Assembly (NCBI GenBank): GCA_027492205.1 | Contig: JAOZFN010000007.1 | Location: forward strand, 1-64,000 | Source of the DNA: Thermoproteota archaeon | GTDB lineage: Archaea; Korarchaeota; Korarchaeia; Korarchaeales; Korarchaeaceae | Length of the DNA stretch: 64,000 nucleotides | Direction of reading: 5' to 3' | Shown here: positions 9,314 to 19,076 of the stretch, in pieces | How positions within the stretch are numbered: position 1 is the first letter of the stretch | Layout: every line of letters starts with the position of its first letter | Notes under the pieces: generated by a model | The model's input: the letters and a program-made list of their open reading frames with translations, nothing else | Told to the model about the DNA's origin: nothing | Databases searched by the model: none | Position numbers and translations under genes: made by a program

Positions 9314-11437
9314 TCACACCACCCACACCAGGAACGCCAGGATCAGCGCGGCCAGCCCCGCGAAGAACATCAGCAGGTAGTGGTTGATCAGACCGGTCTG
9401 AGACCTTCTCAACGTGCGGCCAACTCCTAACACGGCTGAAACGAGCCTCTCGTGATATCCGCGGTCTACAACCCCCTTCTCAAACCTCCACCCGATCGCG
9501 CTGGCCTCCCAGGTGGACTGAGGTAGTAGCCTGTGGTAGAACCCGTCGATGACGAGGCTGTCGAACCACCTGAAGCCGTTTCTGGACAGCCAGGCGAATC
9601 CGCCGACTATCACCCTGTAGTAGATGCTGTTGATGTACCACCTGTCGTAGAGGAAGTCCTGAATGGCCGAGAGCGGTTCAGACTGCCTTATCGCCACGAG
9701 CAGCCTCCTTCCTGAGGAGGTTTGGTAGGCGAACCACCCGATCCCTATCCCTCCGAAGACCAGCGGCAGGCTGACGCCCAGGAGGAACGGGTTCAGGTGG
9801 ACTTCCACGTGCGGGGCCTCTTCCAGGGCGAGCACGTTGCTTGCCACCTTGCTGAGGATCTCCGGGCCAACCGCGGGCCACGTCAGGCCCAGCAGGAGGG
9901 TCGCGACTGCCAGGAGGAAGTAGGGGGCGAGCATCAGCGGGTGCGCCTCGTGGAGCCTGTGCTCGGCCTCGAGGTGCCTCACGTTCTCTGACCCCTCGTA
10001 GAAGAACGTCCTGAGCACGAGCCTGGTCGAGTAGAAGGCCGTCAGGCCAGCGGTGACGACGCCCAGCGCGAAGGCCAGGCCCACCCCAGACTCGTACGCC
10101 GCCTCTACCACGGAGTCCTTGCTCCAGAATCCCATCAGCGGGGGGACTCCCGCAAGGCTGAGCGCGGTCACAAGCATGGCCGCGAAGGTGTACCTCATGT
10201 GCCCGGCGAGGCCGCCCATGTCGTCCACGTACTTGGAGTGGACGGCGTGGATTATCGCGCCAGCGCCCAGGAACAGGGCCGCCTTGAATATCGCGTGGCT
10301 CATGAAGTGGGAGAAGCCAGCCAGTATCCCATTGGCCAGCTCCTCCATCAGGCCCGCGCTGCCCAGGGCCATGAACATGTAGCCGAGCTGCGAGGCGGTG
10401 GAGAAGGCCAGAATGAGCTTCAGCTCCCTGGCCACGAGGGCCTGGGTCGCCATGAAGAAGGCCGTGAAGGCCCCTATCAGCGTGATGAAGGTGAAGTAGG
10501 CGTGTATCGCCTCCGCGCCGGCCGGCAGGGTGTGCATCAGCTGATGCTCCGCCAGCTTGAATATCGGCGCGAACCTGAGCAGGAAGTACACTCCCGCCTT
10601 GACCATGGTGGCGGCGTGGATCAGAGCGCTGACTGAAGTGGGACCGGTCATGGCCGTCACGAGCCACTCGTGGAACGGGAATTGGGCGCTCTTGGCCATC
10701 GCCCCCAAGGAGAAGGCGAGGAGGAACGGCAGTAGAAGGCCCCTGGCGGCGAGCCAGGCGGCCCAGGTTCCGGAGGAGTGGGCTATCTCGGGGATGCTGA
10801 AGGTACCCGTGAGGGAGTAGAGCACACCTATCCCGAGCAGGAATCCGACGTCTCCGAGCCTGGTGAAGGTGAGGGCCCTCAGGCCGCTGTGGCTGGGCGG
10901 GAACCACATCGGGACGCCCAGAGCCGTCCGGCCGGGGTCGCCGACCCACCTCCCCTGCTCGTCAGTGTACCAGTGGCCTATCAAGGCGTAGGATGCGAGA
11001 CCCGTCCCCTCCCAGCCGAGGAACATGATCAGCAGGTTGTCCGCCATGACGAGGAGGAGCATGCTTCCGACGAAGAAGTCGAAGAAGAACCAGTACCTGG
11101 TCCTGCCCGGGTCGTGGGCCATGTACTCGAGGCTGTAGACTCCTATGAGGAAGCAGAGCCACGCTATTATGAGGGCCATCGCCCCGGAGAGGGTGTCGAC
11201 GTACACTCCAAGGCTCACGCCCATGCCGGGTACCCAGTCGACCGACCAGGTGACCAGACCGCCGTGCCCCGAGAACACCTCCCTTGCGAGGAGCGTGGCG
11301 GAGATGGCCGAGAGGCCAAGCGTGGAAGCTGCGATGTAGTCCCTAACCCTCCCCAGCTTCGAGAGGGCCAGCGACAGCAGAGCGCCTAGGTACGGCAGTG
11401 CCCAAGCGACGACGGCCGTCGTCTGCGCGAACTCCAT
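9314..11437 (-). CDS. nuoL: Complex I-like subunit L
   Basis: GWEGTGLASYALIGHW, AKSAQFPFHEWL, GPTSVSALIHAATMV, HAIFKAALFL, QTGLINHY. Confidence 0.93.
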   Translation of the reverse strand: MEFAQTTAVVAWALPYLGALLSLALSKLGRVRDYIAASTLGLSAISATLLAREVFSGHGGLVTWSVDWVPGMGVSLGVYVDTLSGAMALIIAWLCFLIGVYSLEYMAHDPGRTRYWFFFDFFVGSMLLLVMADNLLIMFLGWEGTGLASYALIGHWYTDEQGRWVGDPGRTALGVPMWFPPSHSGLRALTFTRLGDVGFLLGIGVLYSLTGTFSIPEIAHSSGTWAAWLAARGLLLPFLLAFSLGAMAKSAQFPFHEWLVTAMTGPTSVSALIHAATMVKAGVYFLLRFAPIFKLAEHQLMHTLPAGAEAIHAYFTFITLIGAFTAFFMATQALVARELKLILAFSTASQLGYMFMALGSAGLMEELANGILAGFSHFMSHAIFKAALFLGAGAIIHAVHSKYVDDMGGLAGHMRYTFAAMLVTALSLAGVPPLMGFWSKDSVVEAAYESGVGLAFALGVVTAGLTAFYSTRLVLRTFFYEGSENVRHLEAEHRLHEAHPLMLAPYFLLAVATLLLGLTWPAVGPEILSKVASNVLALEEAPHVEVHLNPFLLGVSLPLVFGGIGIGWFAYQTSSGRRLLVAIRQSEPLSAIQDFLYDRWYINSIYYRVIVGGFAWLSRNGFRWFDSLVIDGFYHRLLPQSTWEASAIGWRFEKGVVDRGYHERLVSAVLGVGRTLRRSQTGLINHYLLMFFAGLAALILAFLVWVV

Positions 11438-11451
11438 TCTGCGAGCTCACC

Positions 11452-12990
11452 TCACCCGAGGAGGATCCTCAGTGACGCCAACAGCGGGTCGATGAGGAGT
11501 CTGGGCCAGATGAAGAGGGCGATGCCGACGGCGGCTATCACCATCATCGGTCCCAGCAGGCCCATCCCCGCCTCCTTCGCCTTCTCGGCGGCCTCTGACG
11601 GCTGTCCGAAGAATATCCTCTTCATGGTCAGGAACGCGTAGGCGGTTGAGAGCCCGATCCCTATGAGGAGCGCGGCCAGGAGGGCCACGAAGTACAGGGT
11701 CGACCTGCCGGTGGTGGTGCTCGAGATTCCCATTACTATCAGGATCTCGCTCCACAGGCCGAGCGACGGCGGAATTCCCGTGATGTGCATGAACCCTATC
11801 AGGGCCAGCGAGGCCGTGATGGGCATCTTGGGGGCGAGGCCACCCATCTTGCTGATGCTCCTGAGACCGTGGAGCTGCGCTATGAGGACGCCCGCGGTGG
11901 CGAACAGGAGAGCCTTTCCGACGGCGTGCGCGGCGTAGTGCACCATGGCGCCGGCGACTCCGGCAGCGGTTAGCGTGGAGACGCCGGCCAGCAGGTATCC
12001 CATCTGGGAGACGCTGGAGTACGCCAGCAGCCTCTTGAAGTCGTCCTGCGCCAGGGCCATCAGGCCGCCGTAGATTATGGTGAACAGGGCCAGCGGAAGC
12101 GTGTAGGGCGTCAGACTAGCGAACTCAAACGGGAAGAGCACGTACACTATCCTCACGAGCGCGTAGGCGGCTATCCCGATCAGGTTGGGCGAGAGCAGGG
12201 CGGACACGGGAGTCGGCGCCTCGGCGTGGGCGTAGGGCAGCCAGATGTGAACGCCGAATATGGCCAGCTTCACGAAGAGCCCTATGCAGAGCGCCACGAC
12301 GGTGAGCATCCTGAGGCTCGTCGGCACGAGCTGGCCGAGGCCCATCATTGGAGTCAGAGCGGCGGGGTCGTAGTAGTCGAAGGTCCCAGCGTGGAGGCCG
12401 ACTATCAGCGCCCCGACCAGAAAGACTAGGGCACCGACGTGCGTCCAGATCAGGTAGAGCAGGGCTATCTTCTCCCTGTTTCCGTACCCATAGAACGCTA
12501 TCAGGAGGAAGCTCGGCAGGAGGGAGACCTCCAAGAACAGATAGAACTCCACGAGGTTTGTAGAGAGCACGGTGCCCATCATCGCGGCCGCGAACATGAC
12601 GAACAGCATGTAGTAGACTCCCCAGCCGGGCGGAGTCTCCCCCTCGGCCTCGAACTCCTCGAACCTGTGCTGCATGTACCTCCATGAGTACACGGAGATC
12701 AGCGTGGTGACGAGGCCTATGGATATGGCCAGGGGAGCGCTGAGGGAGTCGAGCAGCATGCTGAAAGAGCCTATCGAGTCGGCCTGGAAGAACACCGGGT
12801 CGGCAATTGGCTCGTCAACGCCCGCCGCCAACGCGAGGTGCGCGGTGAGTGCCGCGGGAATGGCCAGCAGCATCGTCGCGAGCGCGGCTATCCCCTTTCC
12901 ACCCAGCGCGTCCTCGAGGAGGGGCAGGATCAGAGATCCCAGAATCGGGATCAGGACGGCATAGAACATGTACGGTTGTTCCAGAACCAC
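11452..12990 (-). CDS. nuoM: Complex I-like subunit M
   Basis: FYLFLEVSLLP, HIWLPYAHAEAPTPVS, KRLLAYSSVSQMGY. Confidence 0.92.
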   Translation of the reverse strand: MVLEQPYMFYAVLIPILGSLILPLLEDALGGKGIAALATMLLAIPAALTAHLALAAGVDEPIADPVFFQADSIGSFSMLLDSLSAPLAISIGLVTTLISVYSWRYMQHRFEEFEAEGETPPGWGVYYMLFVMFAAAMMGTVLSTNLVEFYLFLEVSLLPSFLLIAFYGYGNREKIALLYLIWTHVGALVFLVGALIVGLHAGTFDYYDPAALTPMMGLGQLVPTSLRMLTVVALCIGLFVKLAIFGVHIWLPYAHAEAPTPVSALLSPNLIGIAAYALVRIVYVLFPFEFASLTPYTLPLALFTIIYGGLMALAQDDFKRLLAYSSVSQMGYLLAGVSTLTAAGVAGAMVHYAAHAVGKALLFATAGVLIAQLHGLRSISKMGGLAPKMPITASLALIGFMHITGIPPSLGLWSEILIVMGISSTTTGRSTLYFVALLAALLIGIGLSTAYAFLTMKRIFFGQPSEAAEKAKEAGMGLLGPMMVIAAVGIALFIWPRLLIDPLLASLRILLG

Positions 12991-12996
12991 CTAAAC

Positions 12997-13305
12997 TCAC
13001 CCCCTAGACTCGGTCAGCTCGAAAACGTCCAGGCTCCTCTTGACGCGGAACATGAGGATCGCTATGGAGACAACAACTCCGACCTCCGCAGCGGCGAGAG
13101 ATATTGCAAGGAGGGCCAACACTACTCCGGTGGGTTTAGACGCCGCTGAAGTGGAGGAGAAGCTTAAGAGTGCGAGAAGGGCTCCGTTAAACACGAGTTC
13201 AACTGAGATAAGCATTCTAATCAGGTTTCTTTTCGCTACAAGGCCGTACAGGCCGATTGCGGCTAAGACGAACGACACAGAGAGATACCAATAGACCGTC
13301 GGCAT
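12997..13305 (-). CDS. nuoK: Complex I-like subunit K
   Basis: RNLIRMLISVEL, AAAEVGV. Confidence 0.92.
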   Translation of the reverse strand: MPTVYWYLSVSFVLAAIGLYGLVAKRNLIRMLISVELVFNGALLALLSFSSTSAASKPTGVVLALLAISLAAAEVGVVVSIAILMFRVKRSLDVFELTESRG

Positions 13306-13308
13306 ACC

Positions 13309-13797
13309 TCACACCTCCCTCCTAGCCAGAGTTATCGCCTCGATGAGGGTCGTGGCCATAGAGAGAATCGATAGCAGGAGAGCAAACCAGTACTTGTCGA
13401 CGACCAGCCTCGTGAGTTCCTCCATCTCGACTGCCTGCGTCTGCGGGAAGATGCCTGAGAAGCTGTGGAACGTTACCAAGAGTGCGGCCGCAATCAGCGC
13501 TATCGTGACCGCAGCGAATTCCTTAAGCGGTACCGGCGGCTCTGGTACATCTTTGAACATGACTACCGAGAAGAGGATAAATGTCACGGCAGAGCCGACG
13601 TAGACGGTTAGCTGAAACACAGCTACGAGCGGATATCCGAGGAGAGCAAAGAAGACCGCATTCGCGGTGCCTAAGACATCCAAGAAGAAGGCTGCGTACA
13701 CAAGAGACCTGTGGCTGACCACCAGGATGGCCGAGGCGACGGCCAGCGCGGACGTCGCGAAGAACACGAGAGAGGTCAGGTCAATCGGCAGGCTCAT
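13309..13797 (-). CDS. nuoJ: Complex I-like subunit J
   Basis: VAVFQLTVYVGS; position between I and K. Confidence 0.88.
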   Translation of the reverse strand: MSLPIDLTSLVFFATSALAVASAILVVSHRSLVYAAFFLDVLGTANAVFFALLGYPLVAVFQLTVYVGSAVTFILFSVVMFKDVPEPPVPLKEFAAVTIALIAAALLVTFHSFSGIFPQTQAVEMEELTRLVVDKYWFALLLSILSMATTLIEAITLARREV

Positions 13798-14308
13798 AGG
13801 CTATCCCCCTCCTCTCGTCCATCGTGGGCCTGAGCCGCCTGGGCGGCGTATCGAACTCCGGCTTTGGCGGGCCCGCAGCGAACTCCCCCGGCGGGTAGAT
13901 CATGGAGTTGAAGTCCTCGTAGGCGACGTCGTGGGTTTCCACGTGCTCGAGCGCCCCGGTGGGACACACGTCGACGCAGAACCCGCAGAAGATGCACCTG
14001 GTATAGTTTATCCCGGGGTACCTCTTCGGCTTGACCTCCTCCGCCGGCGCCTCCTCGCCCGGCTCCGCCGCGCGCTCAACGTACATCTTCATGGCGTTCG
14101 CAGGGCACACGGTCGCGCAGAGTCCGCAGCTTATGCAGATGTCCTTCTTGTATTCGATGAATCCCCTGTATCCCTCAGGAAGCTCTATGACCTCCTCCGG
14201 ATATCTGACGGTCGCCCTCGGCGTGATGAGGTACTTGGCGCCGGTGAGTATGGCGTCCAGATGTCCCTTGAGCCTGAATACCGGTGAACTCCACCTCCTG
14301 TCGGTCAT
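13781..14308 (-). CDS. nuoI: Complex I-like subunit I (2x[4Fe-4S])
   Basis: TVRYPE, CISCGLCATVCP, CIFCGFCVDVCP; ATG at 14308 overlaps nuoH stop. Confidence 0.93.
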   Translation of the reverse strand: MTDRRWSSPVFRLKGHLDAILTGAKYLITPRATVRYPEEVIELPEGYRGFIEYKKDICISCGLCATVCPANAMKMYVERAAEPGEEAPAEEVKPKRYPGINYTRCIFCGFCVDVCPTGALEHVETHDVAYEDFNSMIYPPGEFAAGPPKPEFDTPPRRLRPTMDERRGIAYEPAD

Positions 14309-15330
14309 ATCGACCACCCCGAGAGGACCAAGAGCGAGAGGAACACCGAGAGGATGGACGCCGGGAAGAGGTAGTGCCACGCCAGCCTCAGGGCCTGATC
14401 GATCCTGTAGCGTGGGTAGACGGCTCTCATGAAGACGGAGAGGCACATTATCACCAGCGCCTTGAGGAACAGCACCGCGCCCGGCAGGATGAGCCAGCTC
14501 CCCGGGAACTCGAGGGGCGGCAGCGGCTCCCACCCGCCGAGGAAGAGTATCGCGAAGAGGAGGCTCAGCACGTAGAGCTTGACGTATGAGGCGCCCATCG
14601 TAAGGCCGTACAGTATCCCGCTGTACTCGGTGAACGGACCCATGACGATCTCGCTTTCAGCCTCCACTATCTCGAAGGGGAACCTGGAGGTCGAGAGCAG
14701 CATCAGCACGAAGAACGTCACCGCGGCCAGCGGGTTCAGCGCGATCCCCCAGAGCCACTCTGACTGCAGCTCGACCATCCTGACGAGGTCCATGGTCCCG
14801 TACAGGACGGCCATGGCCAGGGCTGAGACGAACATGGGTATCTCGTCGGCGGTGATCAGGAAGCCCTCTCTCAGGCCGCCTATCAGGCCGAACTTGTTGT
14901 TGCTTCCCCACCCTATCACCAGGTTGAACGCCGGCGCTAGGGTGTTGAGCCCCAAGACCACGAGGAGGGATATCTCGCTCCTGAACGCGTAGAAGTCGTA
15001 GCTTATCGGTATGGCGATGGCAGCTATGTAAGAGGAGGCGAACAGGAGGATGGGGCCGAAGATGAATGCCAGCCTGTCGGCCTGATCTGGAACGATGGGC
15101 TCGGCGAACAGGTACCTCAGGAGGTCGGCCACCAGCTGAATGGCCCCTCCAAGCCGCTTCAGCACGTACAGCGGCCCGTACCTGAGCTGAACCTTGGCGG
15201 CAAGCTTCCTCTCGAACCATATGATGAAGAGAAGCACGGCGAACGCTGAGATGAGTCCGGGGTAGATCAGGGGAACGAACAGCCAGGGAGAGAGCAGGAG
15301 GTCCAGAATCCACTCCAGCAGGCCCATCAT
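14305..15330 (-). CDS. nuoH: Complex I-like subunit H
   Basis: ERKLAAKVQLRYGP, RFPFEIVEAESEIVMGPFTEYSG, PRYRIDQ. Confidence 0.93.
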   Translation of the reverse strand: MMGLLEWILDLLLSPWLFVPLIYPGLISAFAVLLFIIWFERKLAAKVQLRYGPLYVLKRLGGAIQLVADLLRYLFAEPIVPDQADRLAFIFGPILLFASSYIAAIAIPISYDFYAFRSEISLLVVLGLNTLAPAFNLVIGWGSNNKFGLIGGLREGFLITADEIPMFVSALAMAVLYGTMDLVRMVELQSEWLWGIALNPLAAVTFFVLMLLSTSRFPFEIVEAESEIVMGPFTEYSGILYGLTMGASYVKLYVLSLLFAILFLGGWEPLPPLEFPGSWLILPGAVLFLKALVIMCLSVFMRAVYPRYRIDQALRLAWHYLFPASILSVFLSLLVLSGWSI

Positions 15331-16496
15331 CGATCAGCCTCCGGCGGGAAGTAATCCAGACTCCCGTAGATGGCGGGAATGTCGGCCACCCTGCAGTTCC
15401 TGATGAGGTGCTCGAACAGGACGACGTTCCTTATGGAGGGAGACACGACCCTGAACCTGTACGGCTTCGGAGACCCGTCGCTCACGATGTAGTAGACGGC
15501 CTCCCCCCTCGCGGCCTCCACCCTGGCGACTGCCTCGCCCTTTGGGGGTCTCAGGGATATAAGGGCCGCGGGGAGCTTTATCCTGCGGTGCTGGGCCATC
15601 CATTCCTTCCACTTCGGCGGTATCATCTTCAGGTATCTCTCCTCCAGGATCGGCCCGTCGGGCATCTTCTTCAGGATCTGCCTGATCATGTTGATGCTCT
15701 CCCTGATCTCCCCGACCCTGACCATCATCCTGGCGAGCGAGTCCCCCTCCTCGCGGGTGACCACGTTGAAGTCCAGCTCGGGGTACGCGCAGTAGGGATC
15801 GACCTTCCTAACGTCGTACGGGACGCCCGACGCCCTCAGGTTCGGGCCAACTATCCCCAGCCTGATGGCGTCCTCCCTCCTCAGGACCCCGACCCCCTCC
15901 AGCCTGGCCCTGGTGACGGGGTTGTCGAAGAAGATCTTGTGGTAGTCCGGGATCCTCCTCTCGAGGTAGCGAAGGGCCTTATCCATCTCATCCTCGAAGC
16001 CCGGCGGCAGGTCTCTCCTGACGCCCCCGGGTATCATGTAGGAGTACGTGAGCCTGGCCCCGGTGAGCCTCTGGGCCAGCTCGATCATGATTTCCCTGTC
16101 CCAGAAGGCCCACATGAAGGCGGTGGAGGAGCCCAGCATTATCCCGTGGATTCCGAGCCCGTAGAAGTGGCTGTGGATCCTCGTCATCTCCGCCAGGAGC
16201 GTCCTCAGCCACTGGGCCCTGGGCGGGGCCTCGATCCCCAGGAGCCTCTCGAGGGCGAGGACGTATCCCAGGTTGTGGTTGGCCGTGTCCGCCAGGGGAG
16301 GCCTCTCGATCAGGGGGATGATCTGTATGTAGTTCTTCGTCTCGGCCAGCTTCTCCACCGTCCTGTGGACGTACCCTATGTCCGGCCTGAGGCTCACCAC
16401 CACGTCCCCGTCGACCTTCGCCACGAGCCTCATGTGGCCGGACGCCGGGTGCTGGGGCCCTATCAGGAGTTCCAGAACGTGTTCCTCCTCGCTCAT
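15327..16496 (-). CDS. nuoD: Complex I-like subunit D
   Basis: GPQHPASGHMRL, IGYVHRTVEKLAE, GPNLRASGVPYDVRK, C-terminal SLDYFPPEADR; no NiFe CxxC motifs. Confidence 0.92.
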   Translation of the reverse strand: MSEEEHVLELLIGPQHPASGHMRLVAKVDGDVVVSLRPDIGYVHRTVEKLAETKNYIQIIPLIERPPLADTANHNLGYVLALERLLGIEAPPRAQWLRTLLAEMTRIHSHFYGLGIHGIMLGSSTAFMWAFWDREIMIELAQRLTGARLTYSYMIPGGVRRDLPPGFEDEMDKALRYLERRIPDYHKIFFDNPVTRARLEGVGVLRREDAIRLGIVGPNLRASGVPYDVRKVDPYCAYPELDFNVVTREEGDSLARMMVRVGEIRESINMIRQILKKMPDGPILEERYLKMIPPKWKEWMAQHRRIKLPAALISLRPPKGEAVARVEAARGEAVYYIVSDGSPKPYRFRVVSPSIRNVVLFEHLIRNCRVADIPAIYGSLDYFPPEADR

Positions 16497-17020
16497 GCGT
16501 TGATCCCCTCCACCTTCACCTTGAAGTCCTTCCTGAGCGGCGGGACGCCCTCGTAGCTCTCGGGCAGGAGCAGGCTCCTCGGGTCGGGGTGCCCCGAGAA
16601 GTGAATGCCGAGCATCTCCCTCTGCTCCATCTCGTGGTACTTCACGCTGGGCCACACGTCATACAGGGAGGGCGTCTCCGGATTGTCCCGCGGGAGGGTG
16701 GTCCTTAGGGCGACGATCCACTTTGACAGCCTCGGATCGAGGTAGGATGACACGTGGTAGACGAGCTCAATCTCGCCCGAGTCCGGGCGGTCTATGCCCG
16801 TGACCGCCTTGACGTGATCGAAGCCCGCGGCCTTCAGCCTCTCCGCGGCCTCCTTGAGGCGGTCAGGAGGGACCTTGACCGACACCGCGCCCCTCGCAGA
16901 GGATATCTCGGGTGACAGCCCCTCCAGCACCTCGCCGAGGAGGGTCTCTATCTCCCCGGGGGGCGCGGCCTCGGCCTTCCCCTGAACCTGAGACTCAGAC
17001 TTTGAGGCCAATGGCCTCAC
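16493..17020 (-). CDS. nuoC: Complex I-like subunit C
   Basis: AVTGID, EMEQREMLGIHFSGHPD, PPLRKDF. Confidence 0.9.
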   Translation of the reverse strand: MRPLASKSESQVQGKAEAAPPGEIETLLGEVLEGLSPEISSARGAVSVKVPPDRLKEAAERLKAAGFDHVKAVTGIDRPDSGEIELVYHVSSYLDPRLSKWIVALRTTLPRDNPETPSLYDVWPSVKYHEMEQREMLGIHFSGHPDPRSLLLPESYEGVPPLRKDFKVKVEGINA

Positions 17021-17495
17021 CCCTCCTGATCCTCTTCTGGAGCTTGATCACCGCCCTCGCCACTGCCTCCGGCCTCGGGGGGCATCCGGGGATGAACACC
17101 TCGACCGGGAGGATGTCCTTCGGCCGGACTATGTTGTAGCTGTTCCAGAAGATTCCGCCGTCGATCGCACAAGCCCCCATGGCGATGACGAACTTGGGTT
17201 CCGGCATCTGCTCGTAGACCCAGATGGCCGCGTCGGCCATCTTCTTGGTGAGGGTTCCCTCGATCAGCATGAGGTTGCACTGCCTGGGGGCCACGAAGGG
17301 CAGGAATCCGAACCGCTCCGCGTCGAACCTGGGCGCAGAGGCGGCGGCGAACTCGGCCCCGCAGCATGCGGTGGTGAAGTGGACGGGCCACAGAGAGAAT
17401 GCGATCCCCCAGTCCCGAAGTGAGCGGATGGGCGTCCTCTCCACGAGCCACCTGGCCGCCTTCCTGGCGGTCCTCTCGAGGTCTCCCAACCACAT
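16995..17495 (-). CDS. nuoB: Complex I-like subunit B
   Basis: TTACCGAEF, QMPEPKFVIAMGACA, IPGCPPRPEA. Confidence 0.93.
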   Translation of the reverse strand: MWLGDLERTARKAARWLVERTPIRSLRDWGIAFSLWPVHFTTACCGAEFAAASAPRFDAERFGFLPFVAPRQCNLMLIEGTLTKKMADAAIWVYEQMPEPKFVIAMGACAIDGGIFWNSYNIVRPKDILPVEVFIPGCPPRPEAVARAVIKLQKRIRRGEAIGLKV

Positions 17496-17503
17496 GGACC
17501 CGC

Positions 17504-17890
17504 TTATTCCACAGACCATAGCTCAATCCTCCCGGCAAGCCTCAGACCGAATATCAGGGGCGGGATTAGCATCAGGACTATGGCGCCCAAGATTCCGGCC
17601 ACAGCCACGGTGCGGGTGTGGGCCGCCAGGGCCACCAAGAAGCCGTAGATGGCCACCGGCTCCACCGTCAGGAAGACTATGAGGTACGGGTAGTACTGCA
17701 TGGTGAATATGCCCCTTGCCCTTCCCTTGGGCGGGTTTCCGCACTCGTATCTCAGCCTCTTCTTGGGGAGTTCCCTCGTGGGAGCCAGCAGCTTTCCGAG
17801 GATGTACCCGATGACACCTATACCTACCCCAACAAGGAGAGCCACTATGAACGTCAAGATGGCGCTTGAGCCAATCGGTATCGGAGGCAT
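17504..17890 (-). CDS. nuoA: Complex I-like subunit A
   Basis: RYECGNPP, MQYYPYLIVFLTVE; first gene of operon. Confidence 0.9.
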   Translation of the reverse strand: MPPIPIGSSAILTFIVALLVGVGIGVIGYILGKLLAPTRELPKKRLRYECGNPPKGRARGIFTMQYYPYLIVFLTVEPVAIYGFLVALAAHTRTVAVAGILGAIVLMLIPPLIFGLRLAGRIELWSVE

Positions 17891-17917
17891 GGCCTGCCCC
17901 GGCTCCCGCCGTGGGTC

Positions 17918-17936
17918 AACTATAAAACATTTTAAC
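17918..17936 (-). promoter_or_regulatory. TATA box of nuo operon
   Basis: Minus strand TTAAAATGTTTTATAG ~30 nt upstream of nuoA ATG. Confidence 0.55.
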
Positions 17937-18130
17937 AGGAGCATCGAAAGGCTTGCCTGCAGTCCTGTTTTCTAGATGTGAGTAGAGAGATGTGGAGTTT
18001 CGGCGATTGACCTGGATTTAACCTCTGCTGGTTAAAATGTGCTCAGGAGAAATCCCAATAGATGCCAAACAGCGCCTTTAGAAGCTACCAGCTGATACGG
18101 GATCCAAAAAGGAGGGTTGAGTGGGCGCGA

Positions 18131-18961
18131 TCACAGCTCTGTGACCTTGAGCAGGGCCCACCCTCCGCCCGGATACTCCGTCTTGGCGTAGACCACTACC
18201 CAGAGGCCCCCTCCGAGGTCCCCCACATCGACCGTCACCTTTGAGACCCTGCTGTAGTCTTGGTTGCCGGGAAGCGGAACCGCCACGAACCTCCAGATGT
18301 GCATGCTCCTACCGCCCACGCTCTTGGTGCCCAGATCGCTCCAGGAGACCTGCCACCCTGCCCGCTCGGCAGACACCACCTCCGCAGCTATCCCCTCAGT
18401 GGACAGAACGGGGAACAGGGCGGAGCTGAGCAACGCGGTGCCAGCCTGCTCCGCGAGCGGTCCCGTGATGACGGTTCCGTCGGGCATCTGCAGCTGAACG
18501 ATCCTGCAGGCGGCTGTGTCGATCCAGAAGTACCCCGTCTGCTCCTCAACGTCGCTGCCTCGGCCCGTTATCCCGATCTTTGGGGCCTGAACGCCCCCCA
18601 CGTTCTCCCGACCCTCAACCGAGTATGAGACCTCCAGCCAGGTTCCGTTGGAGTCCTCGTACCTCCAGCCCCTCCGCTGGACCACCTCCACGAGGTCGCA
18701 CAGCGTATCCTCGCGGGCCAGTCTGACGTCCGGCCGATGGGCTTCCGGTGGTTGCGTGGTCTCCGGCGGGTTCGTGGTCGGGGCAGCCGTGGTCTCAGGC
18801 GGTTGAGAGGTGGATGGCGGGACCGTGGTGTGCTGTGTGGTTGTTGGCGCCGGAGTGGTTTCCTTGGGGGCCGATCCGTGCTCACCGGTGGGAACCAGCA
18901 GCGCTGCCGCCGCGGCGACGATTACCACCGCAGCGACCACGGCGAGATAAGTCTTTTCCAA
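18131..18961 (-). CDS. Exported/membrane-anchored protein with Pro/Thr-rich linker
   Basis: TTG start after AGGAGGTG RBS; N-terminal hydrophobic helix, PETT repeats, beta-rich C-domain. Confidence 0.7.
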   Translation of the reverse strand: MEKTYLAVVAAVVIVAAAAALLVPTGEHGSAPKETTPAPTTTQHTTVPPSTSQPPETTAAPTTNPPETTQPPEAHRPDVRLAREDTLCDLVEVVQRRGWRYEDSNGTWLEVSYSVEGRENVGGVQAPKIGITGRGSDVEEQTGYFWIDTAACRIVQLQMPDGTVITGPLAEQAGTALLSSALFPVLSTEGIAAEVVSAERAGWQVSWSDLGTKSVGGRSMHIWRFVAVPLPGNQDYSRVSKVTVDVGDLGGGLWVVVYAKTEYPGGGWALLKVTEL

Positions 18962-19076
18962 GAACTTGCACCTCCTAAGGCCAGTGCACCGTCCCGCCGG
19001 GGGGGCGGGATAAAAGGAGCCGGGTTCGAATTCCGAACCCAAGAAAGCTGTGGGGGCGGCCCGCCCACCCAGTCGC

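Noticed and set aside
13000-13720. Apparently lower GC in nuoJ/nuoK suggesting gene replacement
   Set aside because: Judged by eye only; may reflect hydrophobic codon content; no breakpoints visible
7856-17890. Membrane-bound hydrogenase or MBS call for the nuo cluster
   Set aside because: The large subunit has no NiFe CxxC or MBS cysteines and there are no small Mrp-type subunits
19020-19042. GGGTTCGAATTCC resembling a tRNA T-arm or att site
   Set aside because: No acceptor, D or anticodon arms around it; it is a simple inverted repeat
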